64,000 nt of DNA from Mobula hypostoma (taxonomy: Eukaryota). Shown here in pieces: positions 47,759 through 61,538 of this stretch. Within the stretch, counting starts at the first letter, position 1. Each line of letters starts with the position of its first letter. The translations under genes were made by a program, and so were the position numbers. The notes under the pieces are model-generated. The model was not told the origin of the DNA, did not search any database, and saw nothing but the letters and a program-made list of their open reading frames with translations. Location: NCBI RefSeq assembly GCF_963921235.1, contig NC_086109.1, positions 20,462,001 to 20,526,000 on the forward strand, in the 5' to 3' direction.

Positions 47759-49424
47759 GCCCATGATAAAGTTCCACATAAGAAGTTACACAACCAATGT
47801 GCAAAAAGAAGGAAAACTGTGCAAATAAAAATAAATGATACTGAGAACATGAGTTGTAGAGTCCTTGAAAGTGAGTCCATAGGTGGTGGAGTAAGTTCAT
47901 TGCTGAGGTGAGTGAAGTTATCCGCACTGGTCCAGAAGCTTGATGATTGTAGGGCAATAACTGTTCCTGAGCCTGATGGTGTGGGACCTAAGGCTCCTGA
48001 ACCTCCTGGCTGATGGTAGTAGCGAGTTCTCGATGATGGGTGCTACTTTCTTGTGGTAGAATTCCATGTAAGTGTGCTGAATGATGGGGAGGCCTTTGCC
48101 TGTGATGGACTGGGCTGTATTCACTACTTACTGTAGACTTTTCCATTTAATGGATGAGGGGGAACTAGTTCTCATTGTGACGGAATCCAGAGCCAGTGGT
48201 ATTTAAATAATTAGTCACTGAAAATCAGAATTTTAAAAGGGTGAATTTCTTAATGCAGGAATTATTGAAGCAGAGAGTTTGATGTAGATATGAGAGAAAA
48301 GTCAAGGGAAGGGCAGGATGAAGAGATACAGTTAGAGTGGGAAGAAGCTCATGTGGAGTATAAACATCGGCCGAGACTAATTGGACAAAATGTCCTGTTC
48401 CGTCCTCAACAAAAACATAAAATTCTACAAACAATCTCTCTGTCAAGAGGGCTAACATGTCAGGCCAATGATCGTTCATCAGATTGGAAAGTCAGAGAGA
48501 TTTAATCATTTTTTAATTAAGCACTGAGCCAAGGGAAAGGTCAGGGTGAGAGAGAAGAGAATAAAAGGAAAGATCTGGGATGAAGTGATAAATGGACGAT
48601 CCGTAATCCGGTCCCACATTAAAAGTGCAGCAGGGGCTGAAACTGAAATGCAGGCGCGGTGGTAGGTGGTTGGTGTGACTGGAACCCAGTTGGAGATGAA
48701 GAAGCCTGTGGGCTTCTCATTCATTACTGTGGGTCACTCGTCTGATGATGACGGGGTCACAGTACGGAGGCACACGCATTGTTTCAGACCACCCAGCATA
48801 CATTACAACTTCTATTCTGGGCTGCCTCGAGGAAAAATTCCTCCATCCGTTAGCCCCTGGGCAGTGAAGGAGATTGTGGGGGGGGGGGGGGTGAAAGGTT
48901 GTCTTTCTTGTCACTCAGTTGTTCCTGACCCCAAACAGCTCTACGTTCTCCCTTTGCATCTCCCCAACACAACTACTATCGGCAGCAACGCCCATCTCCG
49001 CTGTCCCCAACACAAAGCCGCAATCATTTCTCCTGCTTATCCGTTCATTGTTTATAGACTGTGAGTATTGCCACTGTGTTCCTGGTAACTGTATCCCCAT
49101 CAGGTATTGTGATGTCAAAGGTCTCGTTCTGAAAACTTCATATGACAGAGTAGTGTGACTGAAGAAAACATGAGAGAGGATAATTCACAAACAGAAGTGA
49201 ACTACATGTTATTGTAGAAATGATAGAAAAGGCATCTGTATCTTTTTAATCATTTTTAACTTCTCTGTTTACCTTATAACTTCCAATAGTTTTGTTTCAC
49301 TATTTTAAGTGGCCCTGGCACACCTGTTTTTCTTTCCCAAGTTGTGGGTTGGCAGAGATGTCTGCCATTCAGGGAAAAGGGAACATTTATTGCCTAACAT
49401 AGGTGGCTCCTTGAGACCGCACTA

Positions 49425-50205
49425 GAGTAGTGTGACCGGTTTTGGGCCCCTTATCTAAGAAAGGATGTACTGGCATTGGAGAGGGTCCAGAGGAGGTTCA
49501 CGAGAATGCTCCCAGGAAGGAAAGGGTTAACGTATTAGGAGCATTTCTTTAGCCAGAGAGTGGTGAATCGGTGGAATCCTTTGCCACAGGCAGCTGCAGA
49601 GGCCAAGTCTTTATGTATGTTTAAGGCAGAGACTGATAGATTCTTGATTGGTCAGGGCATGGAGGGATATGAGGAGAAGGCAGGAGATTGAGACTCCAAG
49701 GAAAACTGGATCAGCCATGATGAAATGACAGAGCATACTTGAAGGGCCAAATGGCCTAATTCTGCTGTTATGTCTTATGGTTTAATTTGATGGCTCTGGG
49801 CCTGTACTTGCTGTAGTTTAGAATAATGGATGGGAAATCTCATTTGAAAGCTACTGAATATTAAAAGGCCTAAATAGAGTAGACGTGGAGAGGATGTTTC
49901 ATACAGTGGGGGAGACTAGGACCAGAGGGCACCGCCTCAGAATAGAGGGTCTTTCATGCAGAACAGGGATGAAGAAGAATTTAATCAGCCAGAGGTTGGT
50001 GAATCTGTGGAATTCATTGTCACAGATGGTTGTGGAGTATACTTAAAGCGGAGGTTGATTAATCCGCGATTAGAAAGGGCGTCAAAGATTATGGGGAGAA
50101 GGCAGAAGAATGGGGTTAAGATGGATAATAAATCAGCCATGATGGAATTGCGAAGCAGATTCAATAGGCCAAGGCCTAATCCTGCTCCTATGTTTTATGA
50201 TCTAA
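49425..50205 (+). mobile_element. Two adjacent CR1 3' fragments
   Basis: gagagggtccagaggaggttcacgagaatg; two tails of the ctaattctgctgttatgtcttatgg type. Confidence 0.75.
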
Positions 50206-50334
50206 GTGCTGGTTGGCATGTCATTGTAAAGGACATTTGGAGGTCAATCACACAGCTGTGGAACTCGAGTCACTTATAGGCTATATCAAATTGGAGCAAT
50301 AGGGCTTCTTTTTAAATTGTATCTTAACCTGAGT

Positions 50335-50640
50335 CTGACAGCACAGTAGCGTAGTGGTTAGCATACGCTTTTCAGTAAGGTCAGGTTCAATTCCTGCATG
50401 TACGCTCTCCCTGTGACTGCATTGGTTTCCTCTGGGTGCTCCAGTTTACTCAAAAGATGTGTGAATTAGGGTTAGTAAGTTGTGGGCAAGCCATATTGGC
50501 TCCAGAAGCATAGCTACACTTGCGGGCTGCCCCGGCACTTACTTTGATTGTGTTGGTTGTGGACGCAAATGCCACATGTCATTGTATGTTTTGATGTTTC
50601 GATGCACATATGACAAATAAAGCTCATCTTTGTCTTTAAC
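50335..50640 (+). mobile_element. V-SINE copy
   Basis: Head gcacagtagcgtagtggttagc...ggttcaattcc, V-domain, tail gacaaataaagct. Confidence 0.75.
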
Positions 50641-51334
50641 ATCTAAGGATTTGGATTAAACCCAGAAAATGCTGGAAACACTCAGCAGTTTATGGAACGA
50701 GATACAGTTTATGCTTAAGTGAAGGCCCTCCATCAGAACTGCGTGTTTCCATCACTTTCTGTCTTTATTTCAGATTTCCGGCATCTGCTATTTCTTTTAA
50801 TTTTTGTTTAAGAATTTAAATTCATATTGTTTGGATTAGTCAAGGTTTGATTGATGATGCTGTATCACAACAAAGCAACGCTGCACAGTTCTCCCGGTTA
50901 CTTAATTGTTTCCTTTGCCAAAACTAATTCTTCTTGAAGTCTTCTGTGCAACCCAATATGTCCAATTAATTCCACTCAGACTTTTTTTTAAAAAGTGGAG
51001 AAAAAAGTTTCCTGGCCTAACCGTTTTTCATTCTGTAATTATATCTGATAAGAGGCTGTTTTAATAGATCTTTTTCTGACGAAGTGTAGTTGGAATTTTT
51101 TCTCAGTTTATCACAGCACAGACAAAAAAAAATGACAAGACTGACAATTTCACACGTTGTTAACTAATATAAAGTTTCAGATCAGGAGAAACTTTCTCCA
51201 GTAGAATCCAATGGGAAGCTAATGTCATTGCTTTGGACTCCGGCTTGGAGCTTCATTATCTATCCCTCCCTTCCTCTTCTCCGGACATCTCTCTGCAAGC
51301 AAAACTTTCAGTACTTTGGTAAAGCACTCGAAGC

Positions 51335-52125
51335 CCAGATATCCTTCCGACCACATATCTGTGTTATCAGAAAGGTTGCTCGCTTCATCTCCATACCACG
51401 CCCAATTTCAGTCTTGTCCTCAGTTCAAGTGCTGCCGATACCCCACCCAACCCCCATCCATGCCTGTATTACCCAGGACACAACTCCTGGACCCTGCATA
51501 GCCTTGACCTTCCCTGCCCACACATTAAGTGTTCACTCATCACTGCTGTGTGCACAGAATTATGCTCAGGTTGGAGGAGCAACACTTTATATTCTATCTG
51601 GGTAGCCTCCAACCTGATGGCATGAGCGTTGATTTCTCGAACATCCGGTAATTACCCCACCCACTCCTGCTCCTCTTCTTCACCATTCCCCATCCTTGTT
51701 TCCCTCTCATACCTTCTCTTCTTACCTGCCCATCACCTCCCTCTGGTGCTCTCCCCTCTTCCCTTTCTTCCATGGTCTTCAGTCCTCTCCTATCAGATTC
51801 CCCTTTCTCCAGCTCTTTATATCTTCCACCAATCAATTTCCCAGCTCTTTACTTCACTCCCCCACCTTCCCCTCCCCACCTCCACTTCTACCCTGCCCCT
51901 GTTTCACATATCACCTGTCACCTTGTACTTTTTCCTCCCCTCCCCGCCCCCCACTTATTCCACTTATTCTGACTTCTTCCCCCTTCCTTCCCAGTCCTGA
52001 CGAAAGGTCTTGGCCCAAATCATCGACTATTTATTCCCATCCTTAGATGCTGCCTGACCTGCTGAACTCCTCCAGCACATTGTGTGTAATGCTCTAGATT
52101 TCCAGCATCTGCAGTACTTCTTGTG
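51335..52125 (+). mobile_element. Penelope-like element 3' end
   Basis: RLEEQHFIFYLGSLQPDGM-type GIY-YIG C-terminus, pyrimidine-rich linker, hammerhead remnant CTGACGA at 51997-52003. Confidence 0.78.
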
Positions 52126-52461
52126 TCTAAAAAAAAAATCATCATCCTTGCTTCCAAATCCGTACCTTTGTCCTTCTTTCTCTTGTGTATCTTTCCACAT
52201 CCTTCCAAGACTCTAACCTCTGTGTACCAGCATTGGCCCTCTGGGCATCCTGGTTTTAATCACTGTCAAGGCTTCTATTCTTATGCAGTGTGTAGGAATC
52301 CCAAAACCTTGTTGATCTCCCTTTCACCCAGAAAGTTCTGGAAACTTGCCTCTTGCATCAAGCTTTAAAATATCTGCATCTGTGGCTTGAAGGTTAAACT
52401 CTTTCGGAAATTATTCCTCTAAAGTGCCTTGGGAAAATTTACTAAGCGTAAACCACTGTAT

Positions 52462-53021
52462 GTACTCTGTCTGCTTTATTAGGTACACCTCGTTAATGCG
52501 GATATCTAATCAGCCAATCATGTGGCAGCAATTCAATGCATAATAGCATTCAGACGTGGTCATGAGGTTCAGTTGTTGTTGAGACCAAACATCAGAATGG
52601 AGAAGAAATGTGATCTCGGTGACTTAGACCGTGGAATGATCGTTGGTGCCAGACAGGGTGGTCAGATTATATCAAAAGCTGCTGTTCTCCTGGGATTTTC
52701 ACGCACAACAGTCTCTAGAGTTTATAGGGAATGGTGTGAGAAACAAAAAGACATCCAGTGAGTGGCAGCTCCGCGAGCAAAATCCCTTGTCATTGAGGGA
52801 GGCCAGAGCAGAATGACCAGTCTGCTTCAAGCTGACAGGAAGGGGGATAGTAGCTCAATTAACCACGCATTATAATAATGGTGTGTAGAAGAGCATCTCT
52901 GAACGCACAACACATCGAACCTTGATGCAGATGGGCTACAGCAGCTGAAGACCACGCACACACTCTCAGTGGCAACTTCACTGGGTACAGGAGGTGCCTA
53001 ACAAACTGGCCATTAAGTGTA
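52462..53021 (+). mobile_element. Non-autonomous Tc1-like element
   Basis: MEKKCDLGDLDRGMIVGARQGG...LLGFSRTTVSRVYREW; degenerate TIRs. Confidence 0.8.
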
Positions 53022-54474
53022 AATACCAATTGCTGATTTTGATAGGACGAAATTTTGAAATTGGGAATTGTGATATGGGGATGATTTTTTAATATTGAAG
53101 GAACTCAGCAGGTCAAGCTACATCTTTGGAGGGAGGTGGACAGACAGTGTTTTGGGGCTCATCTTGACTACAGCAGTAGACGTCACAGAGGGGCAGTATT
53201 GAGAGAAGGTCTCACAGAGCAACTGTCAAAGTGAGCAGAAAATTTCTTAAAAGTGGGCATCCAGTCCTCATGAAAGGTCTTGACTGGAAATTTCAACCAT
53301 CTATGCTCCATAGATTCTACCTGACCCAGCAGTTTGTCTTTTGCTCCAGGTTCCAGCATCTGTGGCCTTTTGCAGCTCCAGTAATTTTTGGATAGCTGTT
53401 GAACTTGGACAAGGCAATTGCTCCTGAATCAGCCCAGTTTCATCTGAGAAATAACAGTGCGTCAGATGTCCACTTCTTTCTGGAGCTTGTCTGGTTAATG
53501 CAACCTCTTCCTATCCAGCTATTTGGATCACTCCACCAGACACTTAGACATTAAAGCAATAGCACTTGTACTTAAGTTTGTATTTTCTTTTCTCGAATAC
53601 AAGATTCAACATTGGATCTTGTATTTGAGTACAAATCTATATTTACAGTTTATTTGTCTGGTAAAAGGCCATTGTATTAAATATTTTAAAAATTTTAGTC
53701 GCAGCAAAAAACAACTTGGAGCTTCCAACAGTACATCACAGGATTAACAAGGTGTGAAATGGTCAGTCTCGCTGGCTAACATCCAGCAGTAGATGAGCAG
53801 AAACCTCTTCCAACAAAAAGGTTTAACTCTGAGCCTCTTCTCCATCAGTAGGAGAGAAGTTGAAGTCCCCTCTCAGCAAAGAAGGCAATTCATCGTAGAA
53901 TGAAAAGAGTAGCACATTGCAAATATTTTCACACTTTCAGAAGTGGTTAAAGGGATTTAATAGAGGTTGAAGTTTCTGCCACATCTGCGGAGCAGATATT
54001 AAAGACGTGGGCAGAGGTGTAGTTGTCCAGGTGCTCTGATGAAGAAAATTATCCAATCCAACCCCATCCCTACACCCCTCAGTTGAACATTGAACTGCAT
54101 GACTTAAGTGAGTCAAAGTCCAACTACATCTAGAATCAAAGTATGTGTATGTCATCAAATGCTACCCTGAGGTTCATTTTCTTGCAGGCATCTACAGGAA
54201 AATAAAGAAATACAACAGAATTTATGAAAAACTATACATAGAGACTGAGAAACAACCAAAAGACTAACGTAGTTGGTATGTAGGTTTGCATACTGCAATC
54301 ACAGATGTAGATTAGATAATCTGATTATGTAAAATTGGACGAATGATGAGCACTAAATAATATAGGCTGTTATGTGAGCATGGCGGTACTAATCATTGAC
54401 AGACTACTTATCGCACCCAAAGCAAAGCAACATATCAGTGATTTGGAATCATGAGAACAGGTGTGGTTACATTG

Positions 54475-54930
54475 GATCAGAATCAGGTTTATTCTCACTG
54501 ACATTTTGTGACGGCAGCACAGTGCAGGCACAACAAATTATTATAAATTGCGATAAATAATAAATAGTGCAAAAGAGGAAGAGCGATGTAACGTTCATGG
54601 ACCGTTCAGAAATCTGATGGCGGAGGGGAAGAGGATGCTCCGAAGGCATTGAGTGTGTGTCTTCAGACTCTTGTACCTCCTCCCTGATGGTAGTGAGCAG
54701 AAGAGGGCATGTCCTAGGTGGTGAGTGCCCTCAGTGACAGATGCCACCTGCTTGAGGCAGCACCTTTGAAGGGAACCCCCATGGTGTGGAAGCTTGTGCC
54801 AGTGGTGGAGCTGGCTGGGTCTACAAACCTCTGAAGCCTCTTACAATCCTGTGCTCGGGGCGTCCATACCGACGGTGATGCAGCTAGTACGAATGTTCTC
54901 AGTACATCTGCATCTGTAGAAGTTTGGTAA
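54475..54930 (-). mobile_element. Rex1/Babar-type LINE 3' fragment
   Basis: atcagaatcaggtttatt tail; minus peptide AQDCKRLQRFVDPASSTTGTS. Confidence 0.6.
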
Positions 54931-56263
54931 AATATCAGATCTCCTCTGTATATTAAAGTCATCTATTTTCCAGTAAATTGGATTTATCCAATAATTTTAA
55001 TTGTGGGAATTTGAAATACTGGCTAATCGAAATTGATTAATTTTCAGTTAGGGTCGGTGGACAGTGTCTGGCGTAATTGGAGCAGACTAGTGCGACACAC
55101 AGCAGGATGGTAATCTAATCATATTCAGATGGCTCATATGCAGATGAACAGGCATTGGGGAGAAGGCTATAGACTGATGAGGTTCATGGAGTTTATAATA
55201 ACAACTTCAACATTTCATTTTGTCTCTTCAAAATAGCAGAGCGTCCCAAGGTTCCTCACAGATGTGTTATACGGAGAGTTATAAGGACCAGTGACAAGAA
55301 GATTTGTGTATTTGGTTAAGGTTTAGCGAGGGGGGGGAGGATGAAGTAGTTTGGAGAGGGAATTCACGGGCTTCGGGCCTGGACTGTCAAAGGCTCATGC
55401 CCTGATGTTTCAGCAACGAGGAGGAGCTTTGAAAAGACGCCAGGAGTGGTGCAGTGGATGGCGCAGAGGGGCAGTTGGTTGAGCTGCTGATGGTCCAGGT
55501 TCACTCCTGACCTCTAGCGCCGTCTTTGTGGATTGTCATGTTCTCCCTGTGGCTGTGGTCATTTCCTTGCTGGGTGCTAGCCTCCTCTTTCCTAAAAATA
55601 TGTGGGCCGTACAATAAATGAGCCACTGTAAATTTCCCCTTTTATGTTGATGAGTTAGAGTTGAGGTGAAGAAAGAGGAGAATAGGATCAGTGTAGGCCA
55701 GATGTTCCTAACATTTTTTTTATGCTGTGGACCCCTACCATTAACCGAGGGGTCCTTGGACCTCGGGTTGGGAATCCCCGGTATGGGCTGAGTGTAACTT
55801 GACATTGACTGTCAGTGACTGGATTTGGTCGATCAAAAGAAGTTACAGGGAAAGATTGAATATGTTAGGACTTTATTCCCAGGAGAATGATAGGGATATT
55901 CAAAATCATAGATCAGGTAAATGCTAGCAGGCTTTTTTCCACTGAGGTTGGGTGAGACTAGAATTATTATTACTAGAAATGGGTGAGACTATAGGTCATG
56001 GGTTAAGGATGAAAGGTGAAATATCTAATGGGAACCTGAGGAGAAGTTTCTTCACTCAGGGGGTGGTGAGAGTGTGGAACGAGCTGCCAGCAGAAGTGGT
56101 GGATGCAGGTTCAATTTCAACATTTCAGAGAAATGTAGGTAGGGGTATGGAGGGCTAAGGTCCAGCTGTGGGTCACTGGGGATTAGGCAGAATAATAGTT
56201 GGGCATGGACTAGATATATCTGGAGGAGCTGTTTCTCTGCTGTAGTACTCTATGACTCGAAAG

Positions 56264-56374
56264 CAGGGGTTCCCAACCTGAGGTCCATAGACCCCTCGGT
56301 TAATGGTAGGCGTCCATGGCATAAAAAAGGTTAATGGTAGGCGTCCATGCCATAAAAAAGGGTTGGAACCCATG
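56264..56374. mobile_element. Very short hAT-like MITE
   Basis: CAGGGGTTCCCAACC...GGTTGGAACCCATG with an internal ~31-bp tandem duplication. Related copies at ~28805-28875, 39770-39820 and 55700-55780. Confidence 0.7.
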
Positions 56375-59300
56375 CTGTAAAGGGTCTGTTTCTGTCTATG
56401 ACTCAGGAGCCTGAACTTCTTTGGGGATTGTGGACCGGGAAGGAGTTACAGAGATGAAACCACTGAGTATTTGCAATTCAATGATTTGAATTTTAAGGTC
56501 AAGAATTAGCTGAACCGACTGCTCTCTGCAATTCAGTGAGCAAGTTTTAAAAATGATAAGCAAGCACCTTGGGTACAGAGGTGTCACTGACACCAACTTA
56601 AACTGTAACCACAGGAGTCAATGCTTCAAGGAGTTTCTTCAAACGGCATGATTTTAAGGTGATTGGAGGAAAGTACAGGGGGTATATCAGAGGTTTTTTT
56701 TTAACACAAAGACTGTTGGTTGTGTGGAACACCCTGCTAAGAGAGGTAGTAGACTCAGATATATTAGTTAGACACATGGATGATAGAAAAAAATGAAGGG
56801 TTATGTGGGAAAGACTAGCTGACCAGTGGTGTAGTGACGTCTGCAACGGACTTGGAGGCGAATGGTCATGAATTCGAATCCAGCCAGCTCCTTGCACACT
56901 TTCCATCCGTGCTGGGTTGAGCATCAAGCTAGCAACTTAGCCTCATAAAAAAAAACAGTCAAATGCTATGGAAACGGCAGAAATGCCACTCGATGTGCCG
57001 CAAGGCGTGAAAAGGAATGACAATATGGGAAGGAGGAGCTAGTTTGATTTTGGAGAAGATTAAATGTTGGCACAGCATCGTGGGTCAAAGAGCTCGTGCT
57101 ATGCTGTAGTGTTTTATGTTCTAAGAGAAGAATGGGCTAAAAAAAAGATGAAGTTGGTAGATGACAATAAAAAAAAACAGAACAGAGCTGTTTTGTAACA
57201 CCTCTGCCATTCATTATGTGTCTTCAGACAATCGCGCCTCACTTAAGATTAACGCTGATGTTTAAGATGGCTCCTCAGTTACCTTCTTGTCCAGGTCTGT
57301 TCATTTACCGGAGGTGCTGATGGAAGATGGGATGGGGATGATATGGGGAAGGTGACAAGCTGGGAGTCGAAGCTTGACAAAAGATGTCAGCAGTAAAAAT
57401 GCACCATATGCTCTGCCCTGAGGTGTTTCATCCAAAACCTGAGTGCGTCTATGTTGTCAGCCAGAGGCAGAAAGGTAACTGAGGCTGTTTGACAGCATTT
57501 CTCAAACTTGCTCCCTTTCCCATCCTCCAGTGGGTACTTGGCAGGCAGGCAGCTTGTTAACGAGGACAAGTGATGAGAAGCATACCGTCGGCGAGTCAGA
57601 TCTCTGCTGATGGTTGCGGTAGCTGAAGGGGGTGGCCATGAAATGGGATCCTCTGTAATTCATCTGCACTTCACAAACCTCTGCATCTGCCCCCCATTCA
57701 CCTGAAAGAAATCCATTAATTGCAGCTTCCCGAGGTTAACCCTCAGTCAGGCCAAAACAAACATAAACACAGACAGTCTGAACCTCCTTAGGGTACAACA
57801 TCCTACCTTGATGTCGTTTATTCAGATGGCCACTTACTACAATCAGGAATGCACCGCCTGAAATGGCAGTGGAAGAAAATGCATTACCACCTTTCTAAAG
57901 AGAGCTGGGTAAACATACAATCCCAGCTGAAAGCATGGTGGCGGAGTGAGGCCAGCGGGGAAACTTGCTCAGAGCAGGAATATGTATAGTGGTCAAAATG
58001 GCCTCATTCCAGCTATTGATTCTATGACCAGTTATATATTTTCACTCATCGTGCTCCTAAATAGTTCTCCTGACTAAGGAGTGGTCCGTACCTTCTTTTC
58101 CTGGCTTCTTCCCCCTTCCTTTCCAGTTCTGATGAAGGGTCTTGGCCTAAAACATCGACTGTTTATTCCCCTCCATAGATAATGTCTGTCTTGTTGTGTT
58201 CGTGCATGATGCTAAGGGGTGGGCTGTATGTACTGAACGGCTGTGTCCCTTTGCTTCTCTGTACTAATGTCCAAAGTAGGACTCATCAAAGCATTCTCGA
58301 ACCTCTTTGTTTGAACTATTCCGTGAAGTTTCATTAACTGGCTGCCCACACCCGCAGTCTGTCAATCTGTCACTTACAAAGTTCACTTTTAGCTTGTTGT
58401 ACCGTCCTACAGCAAATTAAGAGTTCCCTCGTTCCCAACTGGATGATGGTGATGCAGTCCACCACTTGGATGTTGCAGTTGGGATGTTCACCACCAGCAG
58501 GATGGTCCATCTCAATCCCTTTGCCTCAAAGCAGAGATACCACATTCACTGACACCAGTTGCTCAGGAGACCAAGAAACCAAATGCTAATGAGCCACAGG
58601 TAGACACACTTCACTTCTAGGTTCTGGAACACATTTGCTTATTGACAGCACATCTGCATGTTAAAGTACAGCCTTTCCTTAGTCCACCCACCTTCTAATG
58701 ACTCTGCTTCCATCCCAGTAACATTTGGCATCTCCCTGTTAGGAACCGGAGATAGTTGAATGAAAGTTGGAGGGAAGTCATAGCAACCTTAAACAGAATT
58801 GCAGAATTACTGGTGTGAGATAGCGACACTGTGGTAGGATGGACATCTCGGACTTACTTTCAAGGACTCTACAGCTCATATTCTCGGTGTTATTTATTTA
58901 TGTATTGTATTTGCACATTTGTCTTCTTTTGCACATTAGTTACTTGTCTGTCTTTGTGTGTAGTTTTTCATTGATTCTAATCCATTTCTCTGTTCTACTG
59001 TCAATGCCTGCAAGAAAATGAATCTCAAGGTAGTATATGGTAACATTTACATACTTTGAACTTAAAATAATGGGCCAGTGGTGAAGTGCTGAGCTGGAGA
59101 CAAAATCTCCAGCAACAGTCCACTTACGGTTGACTTCCATAGCTTCAGCCCTTGGAGAAACCATGCACGCATTGCTCTAAACTGGCAGTCCCACCTGTAC
59201 TATAAAGGTGACAATGTGGAGAATTGGAATGGAGGTCCATTGCTCTAAGAGAGTGCTTCTTCCAGAACAGAGATGGGAACTGGAGACCATTGGCAGGAAT

Positions 59301-61538
59301 AGAACTTGCAGCTGCTTAACAGCTGATTCTATTGGCAGTCAATGATGTTGGGAAAAAATTGCTTTGGTCATCACATTTGGGGCATTGTATGATCTGGAAT
59401 AAAGATTATATCTCTCAATAAATGTACACAAGACGCCTATGGACTCAGAGCAGCCTGGATCTCTGTTAATTGGAGCCCTGGTGAATGAGATTGAACAAAT
59501 GATCTCTGCATTCAGACAATAACGGCTGGAGCCAACTTGACAGACAGATTCCCCCGATAGGTTGTTGGCTTCACACCGTGCCCAGCGGATGCCTGCTCCT
59601 GTCGTGCACTTTGCCGCAGAGCATCAGAAGGCAGGCCGACCAGTAATGGCTCTTGTCTGGATCTTGAACCCCCTTCGAGGTGCCGGGGGAGTTGAAAAAG
59701 GGCAGCAGGTTCACAAACACTTGCAAAGTGGAAAGTTTCCCATTTTCCGCCTCAGTTCCCAATCTCATCACTGCTCTCCACCTTTGACATTCCTCACTTA
59801 AATCGGCAGAGACAGGGGAAGAGTATATTCCAGCAGGAGATTATTGTAGTACTGGAAGTGGTATTAAAAAAAAACTCCCTGAGTAGCAACTCTGGACAAA
59901 TCTGAAAGTTTAAAGCAAATGTCTATACCATAAGAGAAGGAAATAAAAAAAATTATATCCCATTACATTCAATGTTGAAAGCAGATTAACAGGTTTTGCA
60001 AGTGTCTCCTTTAATCTCACAAAATGAAGCTGGTAACTGTGTAAAATGAGCCACATTTCCAAATAAATTGAAGCAGATAAAATTTCTCCAGCATGTTTCA
60101 GATGAATGGGGAGAGAAACAAGATGCACAAAAAACGAAAAATATTCACTGAACATCTTGCTGCCAGGTTTTCTTGTATTTGCAATTGTGTTTGGTCTCAT
60201 TGTCGTCCATTTCTGGAGAGGGGAAGAGAAAGGGGAATGCATTTTTTTGCATTCCACGTGAGTGTAGAGAGGCAGGTTTTGTGGAACAGAACCTGAAAGC
60301 TATTGCGGCATGGACGGAGGCCATTCGCTCCATCAAGTCCAGTTGCATGTAATACTATCTCATGGAGTCATAGCATCACGCAGCATAGGAATAGGCCCTT
60401 TGGCTCACTGAGCCTATGTTGACCATTGAGCACCCATTTACACTCATCCCATAGTACTGTAATCCAATTTTTATCTTTCACACCTTTTCAACAGTTCCCC
60501 TCCAGATGTTACCACTCACCTACAGATTTGGGCCACTTTGCAATGAACCTACCAACACGCACACCTTTGGGATGTGGGAGAAAGCAGGATCCTCTCTGGT
60601 TGGAGGGAAAACGTACAAATGACATCACAAGCAGTACCAGAGGTCAGGGTTGAAGGTGGGTCTCTGACGCAGTCAAGTAGAGACTCTACTACCTGCAGCA
60701 TCAAGGGACCTCTCCACTTGCTTCTGCAATGCTTCTATCTCTAACAAAGTGCATAAACAGCAGAGCATCTGAATCCATCTGCCTTTCTGGGGAATATGTC
60801 TATCTGTCTGATTGACCATTCTTACAGACATCGACTTCCAAGTCATAAAACACACTGCAAGATGAAGAAAAGTTTTCCACCTCTCTTCCTCTGCTGGTTT
60901 TGCCCTTCACTTTCAATCTGCGCCCTCTAGTCCCTGAGCTAGCTGCCAGTGGAATTACCTACCTAAATGCCAGATGATGTTGTACACTGAAAGCAAAATA
61001 TTGCAGATGTAATAAATCTGACATACATTAGATACATTAGGGACATGTAAGAAACTCTTAGATAAGCATATGGATAATAGTAAAATAAAAGGGTATGTTG
61101 GAAAGAAGAGTTAAATTGATCTGAGAGTAGGTTATGAGGTTGACACAACATCATGCGTCAAAGGGCTTGTACTGTGCTGTAGTGTTCTGTTATATGAAGT
61201 TTTAAAAAATTTTGTACGTACACTACCAACAAATTCCCTTTCTGTTGTCTTCACTGTAATGGAAACCTCACATCTTCATTCTAACCTTGTTGTAAATTCT
61301 CCCATCGTTGGAACTATTCTAGGTTTTTTTTGTACCCTCATGGGACCTTCACATGCCTCCCTCCCACCCCCCCAAAGTGAAATAGCCGCAACTGAACTCA
61401 TCACTCCAGTTATACCTCATATTAAGGCCAGGCTTTGGCAATACAACTTTGGCTGGTGAGATTGCATATGATGAAGTCATAGAACATAGGATGTGAAGTG
61501 ATTGCCCTAGTTGACCAGGTAGACCAAAGAGAATGTCA

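Noticed and set aside
59910..60257. 115-aa minus ORF as an ST7L exon
   Set aside because: No ST7-family motif recognised, and the upstream acceptor has a poor pyrimidine tract.
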